Source: Antedon mediterranea
Taxonomy: Eukaryota; Animalia; Echinodermata
NCBI RefSeq assembly: GCF_964355755.1
Contig: NC_092678.1
Coordinates: forward strand, 9,732,352 to 9,796,351
Length of the DNA: 64,000 nucleotides
Direction: 5' to 3'
In this document: positions 52,701 to 64,000 of the stretch, one piece after another
Layout: each line of letters starts with the position of its first letter
Position numbering within the stretch: the first letter of the stretch is position 1
The notes under the pieces: model-generated
Seen by the model: the letters and a program-made list of their open reading frames with translations, nothing else
Databases searched by the model: none
What the model was told of the DNA's origin: nothing
Position numbers and translations under genes: made by a program

Positions 52701-55700
52701 GCGATTTGAAGCTTTTCTAAGCACTTTGGTGTTTTTATGTTAAAAAGTTTTTTCGAAAATCACAAAATGGTCTAAAACGTCTCCAAATGCGATTTGAAGC
52801 TCTTCTGTACACTTTGATGTTTTGTGTGAAAAAGTTTTGTCGAAATGCTCAAAATGGTCTAAAACGTTTTTAAATACGATATTAAGCTGTTTTGTGCACT
52901 TTGATGATTTGTGTGAAAAGTTTTAACGAAATGCTCAAAATAGTCTAAAACGGTTTCTAATGTGATTTTAAGCACTTTGATGTTTTTGTATAACCAAGTT
53001 TCATCGAAATGCTCAAAATGGTCTAAAACGTTTTTAAAACGATATTAAGCTATTTTGTGCTCTTTGATGTTTTTGTGTAACCAAGTTTTTTCGGAAATCA
53101 CAAAATGGTCTAAAACGTCTCCAAATGCGATTTGAAGCTTTTCTAAGCACTTTGGTGTTTTTATGTTAACAAGTTTTTTTGAAAATCACAAAATGGTCTA
53201 AAACGTCTCAAAATGCGATTTGAAGGTATTCTGAGCACTTTGGTGTTTTTGTGTGAAAAGTTTTAACGAAATGCTCAAAATGGTCTAAAACGGTTTCTAA
53301 TGTGATTTTAAGCACTTTGATGTTTTTGTAAAACCAAGTTTCATCGAAATGCACAAAATGGTCTAAAACGTCTCCAAATGCGATTTGAAGGTATTCTGAG
53401 CACTTTGGTGTTTTTGTGTGAAAAGTTTTAACGAAATGCTCAAAATGGTCTAAAACGGTTCTAATGTGATTTTAAGCACTTTGATGTTTTTGTATAACCA
53501 AGTTTCATCGAAATGCTCAAAATGGTCTAAAACGTTTTTAAAACGATATTAAGCTATTTTGTGCTCTTTGATGTTTTTGTGTAACCAAGTTTTTTCGAAA
53601 ATCACAAAATGGTCTAAAACGTCTCCAAATGCGATTTGAAGCTTTTCTAAGCACTTTGGTGTTTTTATGTTAACAAGTTTTTTCGAAAATCACAAAATGG
53701 TCTAAAACGTCTCAAAATGCGATTTGAAGGTATTCTGAGCACTTTGGTGTTTTTGTGTGAAAAGTTTTAACGAAATGCTCAAAATGGTCTAAAACGATTT
53801 CTAATGTGATTTTAACCACTTTGATGTTTTTGTGTAACCAAGTTCTTTTCGAAAATCACAAAATGGTCTAAAACGTCTCCAAATGCGATTTGAAGCTTTT
53901 CTAAGCACTTTGGTGTTTTTATGTTAAAAAGTTTTTTCGAAAATCACAAAATGGTCTAAAACGTCTCCAAATGCGATTTGAAGCTCTTCTGTACACTTTG
54001 ATGTTTTGTGTGAAAAAGTTTTGTCGAAATGCTCAAAATGGTCTAAAACGTTTTTAAATACGATATTAAGCTGTTTTGTGCACTTTGATGATTTGTGTGA
54101 AAAGTTTTAACGAAATGCTCAAAATAGTCTAAAACGGTTTCTAATGTGATTTTAAGCACTTTGATGTTTTTGTGTAACCAAGTTTTTTCGGAAATCACAA
54201 AATGGTCTAAAACGTCTCCAAATGCGATTTGAAGCTTTTCTAAGCACTTTGGTGTTTTTATGTTAACAAGTTTTTTCGAAAATCACAAAATGGTCTAAAA
54301 CGTCTCAAAATGCGATTGAAGGTATTCTGAGCACTTTGGTGTTTTTGTGTGAAAAGTTTTAACGAAATGCTCAAAATGGTCTAAAACGGTTCTAATGTGA
54401 TTTTAAGCACTTTGATGTTTTTGTATAACCAAGTTTCATCGAAATGCTCAAAATGGTCTAAAACGTTTTTAAAACGATATTAAGCTATTTTGTGCTCTTT
54501 GATGTTTTTGTGTAACCAAGTTTTTTCGGAAATCACAAAATGGTCTAAAACGTCTCCAAATGCGATTTGAAGCTTTTCTAAGCACTTTGGTGTTTTTATG
54601 TTAACAAGTTTTTTCGAAAATCACAAAATGGTCTAAAACGTCTCAAAATGCGATTTGAAGGTATTCTGAGCACTTTGGTGTTTTTGTGTGAAAAGTTTTA
54701 ACGAAATGCTCAAAATGGTCTAAAACGGTTTCTAATGTGATTTTAACCACTTTGATGTTTTTGTGTAACCAAGTTTTTTCGAAAATCACAAAATGGTCTA
54801 AAACGTCTCCAAATGCGATTTGAAGCTTTTCTAAGCACTTTGGTGTTTTTATGTTAACAAGTTTTTTCTAAAATCACAAAATGGTCTAAAACGTCTCCAA
54901 ATGCGATTTGAAGCTATTCTGTACACTTTGATGTTTTGTGTGAAAAAAGTTTTGTCGAAATGCTCAAAATGGTCTAAAACGTTTTTAAAACGATATTAAG
55001 CTATTTTGTGCTCTTTGATGTTTTTGTGTAACCAAGTTTTATCGAAATGAACAAAATTGTCTAAAACGTCTCCAAATGCGATTTGAAGATATTCTGAGCA
55101 CTTTGGTGTTTTTATGTTAAAAAGTTTTTTCGAAAATCACAAAATGGTCTAAAACGTCTCAAAATGCGATTTGAAGGTATTCTGAGCACTTTGGTGTTTT
55201 TGTGTGAAAAGTTTTAACGAAATGCTCAAAATTGTCTAAAACGGTTTCTAATGTGATTTTAAGCACTTTGATGTTTTTGTAAAACCAAGTTTCATCAAAA
55301 TGCACAAAATGGTCTAAAACGTCTCCAAATGCGATTTGAAGCTTTTCCAAGCACTTTGCTGTTTTTATGTTAACAAGCTTTTTCGAAAATCACAAAATGG
55401 TCTAAAACGTCTCCAAATGCGATTTGAAGCTTTTCTAAGCACTTTGGTGTTTTTATGTTAACAAGTTTTTTCGAAAATCACAAAATGGTCTAAAACGTCT
55501 CCAAATGCGATTTGAAGCTCTTCTGTACACTTTGATGTTTTGTGTGAAAAAGTTTTGTCAAAATGCTCAAAATGGTCTAAAACGTTTTTAAAACGATATT
55601 AAGCTATTTTGTGCTCTTTGATGTTTTTGTATAACCAAGTTTTTTCGAAAATCACAAAATGGTCTAAAACGTCTCCAAATGCGATTTGAATATATTCTGA

Positions 55701-58700
55701 GCACTTTGGTGTTTTTATGTTAAAAAGTTTTTTCGAAAATCACAAAATGGTCAAAAACGTCTCAAAATGCGATTTGAAGGTATTCTGAGCACTTTGGTGT
55801 TTTTGTGTGAAAAGTTTTAACGAAATGCTAAAAATGGTCTAAAACGGTTCTAATGTGATTTTAAGCACTTTGATGTTTTTGTATAACCAAGTTTCATCGA
55901 AATGCACAAAATGGTCTAAAACGTCTCCAAATGCGATTTAAAGCTATTCTAGACACTTTGATGTTTTGTGTGAAAAAGTTTTCTCGAAATCCTCAAAATG
56001 GTCTAAAACGTTTTCCAATACCATATTAAGCTATTTTGTGCAATTTGATGTTTTTGTGTAACCAAGTTTTTTGAAATGCGATTTGAAGATATTCTGAGCA
56101 CTTTGGTGTTTTTATGTTAAAAACTTTTTTCGAAAATCACAAAATGGTCTAAAACGTCTCCAAATGCGATTTGAAGATATTCTGAGCACTTTGGTGTTTT
56201 TATGTTAAAAAGTGTTTTCGAAAATCACAAAATGGTCTAAAACGTCTCCAAATGCGATTTGAAGCTATTCTGTACACTTTGATGTTTTGTGTGAAAAAGT
56301 TTTGTCGAAATGCTCAAAATGGTCTAAAACGTTTTTAAAACGATATTAAGCTATTTTGTGCTCTTATATGTTTTTGTGTAACCAAGTTTTTTCGAAAATT
56401 ACAAAATGGTCTAAAACGTCTCCAAATGCGATTTGAAGCTCTTCTGTTTGTTGTTTTGTGTGAAAAAGTTTTGTCGAAATGCTCAAAATGGTCTAAAACG
56501 TTTTTAAATACGATATTAAGCTGTTTTGTGCACTTTGATGATTTGTGTGAAAAGTTTTAACGAAATGCTCAAAATGGTCAAAAACGGTTTCTAATGTGAT
56601 TTTAAGCACTTTGATGTTTTTGTGTAACCAAGTTTTTTCGAAAATCACAAAATGGTCTAAAACGTCTCCAAATGCGATTTGAAGCTTTTCTAAACACTTT
56701 GGTGTTTTTATGTTAACAAGTTTTTTCGAAAATCACAAAATGGTCTAAAACGTCTCCAAATGCGATTTGAAGCTTTTCCAAGCACTTTGCTGTTTTTATG
56801 TTAACAATTTTTTTCGAAAATCACAAAATGGTCTAAAACGTCTCCAAATGCGATTTGAAGCTATTCTGTACACTTTGATGTTTTGTGTGAAAAAGTTTTG
56901 TCGAAATGCTCAAAATGGTCTAAAACGTTTTTAAAACGATATTAAGCTATTTTGTGCTCTTTGATGTTTTTGTGTAACCAAGTTTCATCGAAATGCACAA
57001 AATGGTCTAAAACGTCTCCAAATGCGATTTGAAGCTTTTCTAAGCACTTTGCTGTTTTTATGTTAACAAGTTTTTTCGAAAATCACAAAATGGTCTAAAA
57101 CGTCTCCAAATGCGATTTGAAGATATTCTGAGCACTTTGGTGTTTTTATGTTAAAAAGTTTTTTCGAAAATCACAAAATGGTCTAAAACGTCTCCAAATG
57201 CGATTTGAAGCTCTTCTGTACACTTTGATGTTTTGTGTGAACAAGTTTTGTCGAAATGCTCAAAATGGTCTAAAACGTTTTTAAATACGATATTAAGCTG
57301 TTTTGTGCACTTTGGTGTTTTTGTGTGAAAAGTTTTAACGAAATGCTCAAAATGGTCTAAAACGGTTCTAATGTGATTTTAAGCACTTTGATGTTTTTGT
57401 ATAACCAAGTTTCATCGAAATGCTCAAAATGGTCTAAAACGTTTTTAAAACGATATTAAGCTATTTTGTGCTCTTTGATGTTTTTGTGTAACCAAGTTTC
57501 ATCGAAATGAACAAAATGGTCTAAAACGTCTCCAAATGCGATTTGAAGCTTTTCTAAGCACTTTGGTGTTTTTATGTTAACAAGTTTTTTCGAAAATCAC
57601 AAAATGGTCTAAAACGTCTCAAAATGCGATTGAAGGTATTCTGAGCACTTTGGTGTTTTTGTGTGAAAAGTTTTAACGAAATGCTCAAAATGGTCTAAAA
57701 CGGTTCTAATGTGATTTTAAGCACTTTGATGTTTTTGTATAACCAAGTTTCATCGAAATGCTCAAAATGGTCTAAAACGTTTTTAAAACGATATTAAGCT
57801 ATTTTGTGCTCTTTGATGTTTTTGTGTAACCAAGTTTCATCGAAATGAACAAAATGGTCTAAAACGTCTCCAAATGCGATTTGAAGCTTTTCTAAGCACT
57901 TTGGTGTTTTTATGTTAACAAGTTTTTTCGAAAATCACAAAATGGTCTAAAACGTCTCAAAATGCGATTGAAGGTATTCTGAGCACTTTGGTGTTTTTGT
58001 GTGAAAAGTTTTAACGAAATGCTCAAAATGGTCTAAAACGGTTCTAATGTGATTTTAAGCACTTTGATGTTTTTGTATAACCAAGTTTCATCGAAATGCT
58101 CAAAATGGTCTAAAACGTTTTTAAAACGATATTAAGCTATTTTGTGCTCTTTGATGTTTTTGTGTAACCAAGTTTTTTCGAAAATCACAAAATGGTCTAA
58201 AACGTCTCCAAATGCGATTTGAAGGTATTCTGAGCACTTTGGTGTTTTTGTGTGAAAAGTTTTAACGAAATGCTCAAAATGGTCTAAAACGGTTTCTAAT
58301 GTGATTTTAACCACTTTGATGTTTTTGTGTAACCAAGTTCTTTTCGAAAATCACAAAATGGTCTGAAACGTCTCCAAATGTGATTTGAAGCTCTTCTGTA
58401 CACTTTGATGTTTTGTGTGAAAAAGTTTTGTCGAAATGCTTAAAATGGTCTAAAACGTTTTTAAATACGATATTAAGCTGTTTTGTGCACTTTGATGATT
58501 TGTGTGAAAAGTTTTAACGAAATGCTCAAAATAGTCTAAAACGGTTTCTAATGTGATTTTAAGCACTTTGATGTTTTTGTGTAACCAAGTTTTTTCGGAA
58601 ATCACAAAATGGTCTAAAACGTCTCCAAATGCGATTTGAAGCTTTTCTAAGCACTTTGGTGTTTTTATGTTAACAAGTTTTTTCGAAAATCACAAAATGG

Positions 58701-61469
58701 TCTAAAAGGTCTCAAAATGCGATTTGAAGGTATTCTGAGCACTTTGGTGTTTTTGTGTGAAAAGTTTTAACGAAATGCTCAAAATGGTCTAAAACGGTTT
58801 CTAATGTGATTTTAACCACTTTGATGTTTTTGTGTAACCAAGTTTTTTCGAAAATCACAAAATGGTCTAAAACGTCTCCAAATGCGATTTGAAGCTTTTC
58901 TGAGCACTTTGGTGTTTTTATGTTAACAAGTTTTTTCGAAAATCACAAAATGGTCTAAAACGTCTCCAAATGCGATTTGAAGCTATTCTGTACACTTTGA
59001 TGTTTTGTGTGAAAAAAGTTTTGTCGAAATGCTCAAAATGGTCTAAAACGTTTTTAAAACGATATTAAGCTATTTTGTGCTCTTTGATGTTTTTGTGTAA
59101 CCAAGTTTCATCGAAATGAACAAAATGGTCTAAAACGTCTCCAAATGCGATTTGAAGCTTTTCCAAGCACTTTGCTGTTTTTATGTTAACAAGTTTTTTC
59201 GAAAATCACAAAATGGTCTAAAACGTCTCAAAATGCGATTTCAAGGTATTCTGAGCACTTTGGTGTTTTTGTGTGAAAAGTCTTAACGAAATGCTCAAAA
59301 TGGTCTAAAACGGTTTCTAATGTGATTTTAAGCACTTTGATGTTTTTGTATAACCAAGTTTCATCGAAATGCACAAAATGGTCTAAAACGTCTCCAAATG
59401 CGATTTGAAGCTTTTCTAAGCACTATGCTGTTTTTATGTTAACAAGTTTTTTCGAAAATCACAAAATGGTCTAAAACGTCTCCAAATGCGATTTGAAGAT
59501 ATTCTGAGCACTTTGGTGTTTTTATGTTAAAAAGTTTTTTCGAAAATCACAAAATTGTCTAAAACGTCTCCAAATGCGATTTGAAGCTCTTCTGTACACT
59601 TTGATGTTTTGTGTGAAAAAGTTTTGTCAAAATGCTCAAAATGGTCTAAAACGTTTTTAAAACGATATTAAGCTATTTTGTGCTCTTTGATGTTTTTGTA
59701 TAACCAAGTTTTTTCGAAAATCACAAAATGGTCTAAAACGTCTCCAAATGCGATTTGAAGCTTTTCCAAGCACTTTGCTGTTTTTATGTTAACAAGTTTT
59801 TTCGAAAATCACAAAATGGTCTAAAACGTCTCCAAATGCGATTTGAAGCTATTCTGTACACTTTGATGTTTTGTGTGAAAAAGTTTTGTCGAAATGCTCA
59901 AAATGGTCTAAAACGTTTTTAAAACGATATTAAGCTATTTTGTGCTCTTTGATGTTTTTGTGTAACCAAGTTTCATCGAAATGAACAAAATGGTCTAAAG
60001 CGTCTCCAAATGCGATTTGAAGCTTTTCCAAGCACTTTGCTGTTTTTATGTTAACAAGTTTTTTCGCAAATCACAAAATGGTCTAAAACGTCTCCAAATG
60101 CGATTTGAAGATATTCTGAGCACATTGGTGTTTTTATGTTAAAAAGTTTTAACGAAATGCTCAAAATTGTCTAAAACGGTTTCTAATGTGATTTTAAGCA
60201 CTTTGATGTTTTTGTAAAACCAAGTTTCATCGAAATGCACAAAATGGTCTAAAACGTCTCCAAATGCGATTTGAAGCTTTTCCAAGCACTTTGCTGTTTT
60301 TATGTTAACAAGCTTTTTCGAAAATCACAAAATGGTCTAAAACGTCTCCAAATGCGATTTTAAGCTTTTCTAAGCACTTTGGTGTTTTTATGTTAACAAG
60401 TTTTTTCGAAAATCACAAAATGGTCTAAAACGTCTCCAAATGCGATTTGAAGCTCTTCTGTACACTTTGATGTTTTGTGTGAAAAAGTTTTGTCAAAATG
60501 CTCAAAATGGTCTAAAACGTTTTTAAAACGATATTAAGCTATTTTGTGCTCTTTGATGTTTTTGTATAACCAAGTTTTTTCGAAAATCACAAAATGGTCT
60601 AAAACGTCTCCAAATGCGATTTGAAGCTTTTCTAAACACTTTGGTGTTTTTATGTTAACAAGTTTTTTCGAAAATCACAAAATGGTCTAAAACGTCTCCA
60701 AATGCGATTTGAAGCTTTTCCAAGCACTTTGCTGTTTTTATGTTAACAATTTTTTTCGAAAATCACAAAATGGTCTAAAACGTCTCCAAATGCGATTTGA
60801 AGCTATTCTGTACACTTTGATGTTTTGTGTGAAAAAGTTTTGTCGAAATGCTCAAAATGGTCTAAAACGTTTTTAAAACGATATTAAGCTATTTTGTGCT
60901 CTTTGATGTTTTTGTGTAACCAAGTTTCATCGAAATGCACAAAATGGTCTAAAACGTCTCCAAATGCGATTTGAAGCTTTTCTAAGCACTTTGGTGTTTT
61001 TATGTTAAAAAGTTTTTTCGAAAATCACAAAATGGTCTAAAACGTCTCCAAATGCGATTTGAAGCTCTTCTGTACACTTTGATGTTTTGTGTGAACAAGT
61101 TTTGTCGAAATGCTCAAAATGGTCTAAAACGTTTTTAAATAAGATATTAAGCTGTTTTGTGCACTTTGGTGTTTTTGTGTGAAAAGTTTTAACGAAATGC
61201 TCAAAATGGTCTAAAACGGTTCTAATGTGATTTTAAGCACTTTGATGTTTTTGTATAACCAAGTTTCATAGAAATGCTCAAAATGGTCTAAAACGTTTTT
61301 AAAACGATATTAAGCTATTTTGTGCTCTTTGATGTTTTTGTGTAACCAAGTTTCATCGAAATGAACAAAATGGTCTAAAACGTCTCCAAATGCGATTTGA
61401 AGCTATTCTGTACACTTTGATGTTTTGTGTGAAAAAGTTTTGTCGAAATGCTCAAAATGGTCTAAAACG
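43063..61469. repeat. Copy 2 of the approximately 18.4-kb duplication
   Basis: Shares rare variants with copy 1, such as GAAAAGCTC, CTAAATCGG, AATGGGATT, ATTCGGTAC, GTCTGAAAC, CACTATGCT and TTCGCAAAT, at about 26.73 kb offset. Confidence 0.9.
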
Positions 61470-64000
61470 TTTTTAAAACGATATTAAGCTATTTTGTGCT
61501 CTTATATGTTTTTGTGTAACCAAGTTTTTTCGAAAATTACAAAATGGTCTAAAACGTCTCCAAATGCGATTTGAAGCTCTTCTGTTTGTTGTTTTGTGTG
61601 AAAAAGTTTTGTCGAAATGCTCAAAATGGTCTAAAACGTTTTTAAATACGATATTAAGCTGTTTTGTGCACTTTGATGATTTGTGTGAAAAGTTTTAACG
61701 AAATGCTCAAAATGGTCAAAAACGGTTTCTAATGTGATTTTAAGCACTTTGATGTTTTTGTGTAACCAAGTTTTTTCGAAAATCACAAAATGGTCTAAAA
61801 CGTCTCCAAATGCGATTTGAAGCTTTTCTAAACACTTTGGTGTTTTTATGTTAACAAGTTTTTTCGAAAATCACAAAATGGTCTAAAACGTCTCCAAATG
61901 CGATTTGAAGCTTTTCCAAGCACTTTGCTGTTTTTATGTTAACAATTTTTTTCGAAAATCACAAAATGGTCTAAAACGTCTCCAAATGCGATTTGAAGCT
62001 ATTCTGTACACTTTGATGTTTTGTGTGAAAAAGTTTTGTCGAAATGCTCAAAATGGTCTAAAACGTTTTTAAAACGATATTAAGCTATTTTGTGCTCTTT
62101 GATGTTTTTGTGTAACCAAGTTTCATCGAAATGCACAAAATGGTCTAAAACGTCTCCAAATGCGATTTGAAGCTTTTCTAAGCACTTTGCTGTTTTTATG
62201 TTAACAAGTTTTTTCGAAAATCACAAAATGGTCTAAAACGTCTCCAAATGCGATTTGAAGCTCTTCTGTACACTTTGATGTTTTGTGTGAAAAAGTTTTG
62301 TCAAAATGCTCAAAATGGTCTAAAACGTTTTTAAAACGATATTAAGCTATTTTGTGCTCTTTGATGTTTTTGTATAACCAAGTTTTTTCGAAAATCACAA
62401 AATGGTCTAAAACGTCTCCAAATGCGATTTGAAGCTTTTCTAAACACTTTGGTGTTTTTATGTTAACAAGTTTTTTCGAAAATCACAAAATGGTCTAAAA
62501 CGTCTCCAAATGCGATTTGAAGCTTTTCCAAGCACTTTGCTGTTTTTATGTTAACAATTTTTTTCGAAAATCACAAAATGGTCTAAAACGTCTCCAAATG
62601 CGATTTGAAGCTATTCTGTACACTTTGATGTTTTGTGTGAAAAAGTTTTGTCGAAATGCTCAAAATGGTCTAAAACGTTTTTAAAACGATATTAAGCTAT
62701 TTTGTGCTCTTTGATGTTTTTGTGTAACCAAGTTTCATCGAAATGCACAAAATGGTCTAAAACGTCTCCAAATGCGATTTGAAGCTTTTCTAAGCACTTT
62801 GGTGTTTTTATGTTAAAAAGTTTTTTCGAAAATCACAAAATGGTCTAAAACGTCTCCAAATGCGATTTGAAGCTCTTCTGTACACTTTGATGTTTTGTGT
62901 GAACAAGTTTTGTCGAAATGCTCAAAATGGTCTAAAACGTTTTTAAATAAGATATTAAGCTGTTTTGTGCACTTTGGTGTTTTTGTGTGAAAAGTTTTAA
63001 CGAAATGCTCAAAATGGTCTAAAACGGTTCTAATGTGATTTTAAGCACTTTGATGTTTTTGTATAACCAAGTTTCATAGAAATGCTCAAAATGGTCTAAA
63101 ACGTTTTTAAAACGATATTAAGCTATTTTGTGCTCTTTGATGTTTTTGTGTAACCAAGTTTCATCGAAATGAACAAAATGGTCTAAAACGTCTCCAAATG
63201 CGATTTGAAGCTATTCTGTACACTTTGATGTTTTGTGTGAAAAAGTTTTGTCGAAATGCTCAAAATGGTCTAAAACGTTTTTAAAACGATATTAAGCTAT
63301 TTTGTGCTCTTATATGTTTTTGTGTAACCAAGTTTTTTCGAAAATTACAAAATGGTCTAAAACGTCTCCAAATGCGATTTGAAGCTCTTCTGTTTGTTGT
63401 TTTGTGTGAAAAAGTTTTGTCGAAATGCTCAAAATGGTCTAAAACGTTTTTAAATACGATATTAAGCTGTTTTGTGCACTTTGATGATTTGTGTGAAAAG
63501 TTTTAACGAAATGCTCAAAATGGTCAAAAACGGTTTCTAATGTGATTTTAAGCACTTTGATGTTTTTGTGTAACCAAGTTTTTTCGAAAATCACAAAATG
63601 GTCTAAAACGTCTCCAAATGCGATTTGAAGCTTTTCTAAACACTTTGGTGTTTTTATGTTAACAAGTTTTTTCGAAAATCACAAAATGGTCTAAAACGTC
63701 TCCAAATGCGATTTGAAGCTTTTCCAAGCACTTTGCTGTTTTTATGTTAACAATTTTTTTCGAAAATCACAAAATGGTCTAAAACGTCTCCAAATGCGAT
63801 TTGAAGCTATTCTGTACACTTTGATGTTTTGTGTGAAAAAGTTTTGTCGAAATGCTCAAAATGGTCTAAAACGTTTTTAAAACGATATTAAGCTATTTTG
63901 TGCTCTTTGATGTTTTTGTGTAACCAAGTTTCATCGAAATGCACAAAATGGTCTAAAACGTCTCCAAATGCGATTTGAAGCTTTTCTAAGCACTTTGCTG
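60383..64000. repeat. 1,808-bp tandem duplication, at least two copies
   Basis: Markers CTTATATG (61501/63309) and AAATAAGAT (variant base 61142/62950) both repeat at 1808 bp; the match continues to the window end. Confidence 0.88.

Larger units (their letters stand above)
9482..64000. repeat. Satellite DNA array, right block, with higher-order repeats; runs off the window end
   Basis: Same monomer family and orientation as 126-7012. I saw no non-satellite interruption over 54.5 kb. Confidence 0.98.

Noticed and set aside
3721-58314. Minus-strand ORFs of 60-97 aa in the satellite (MYRIASNRIW..., MEKLQIAFGD..., MVKITLETV..., MLRISSNRIW...)
   Set aside because: They are translations of 2-4 satellite monomers. 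They open or close with 1-bp homopolymer changes and show the same DNA read in different frames. I used them only as duplication markers.
126-64000. CRISPR-like appearance: a constant core separated by variable segments
   Set aside because: The intervening segments are homologous to each other and repeat hundreds of times. There are no unique spacers, leader or cas genes, and the context is eukaryotic.

Overview
Eukaryotic (probably animal) heterochromatin-type DNA. About 96% of the window is one AT-rich tandem satellite in a single orientation (126-7012 and 9482-64000, roughly 700 monomers by length estimate). It is built from 86-88 bp monomers plus a recurrent 76-78 bp monomer, all sharing the core AAAATGGTCTAAAACG. 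The monomers are ordered into variable higher-order repeats (about 338, 427, 603 and 942 bp) and nested duplications (periods about 1.8, 2.4, 3.1, 9.5, 11.8 and 26.7 kb). Two mobile elements interrupt the array. The first is the 3' end of a Helentron/HINE (DINE-1-like) element at 1-127. The second is a 2,469-bp TIR element at 7013-9481 with a TTAA target-site duplication and AG...CT termini, which fits a non-autonomous Kolobok-like transposon. That element has no transposase ORF. It does contain a phase-consistent three-exon model for a 72-aa protein with a CX4CX11HX4H motif, which the ORF track misses, and signs of a convergent transcript on the other strand. All ORFs listed inside the satellite are by-products of the repeat. 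No rRNA, tRNA or CRISPR array is supported. All coordinates and offsets were counted by hand.
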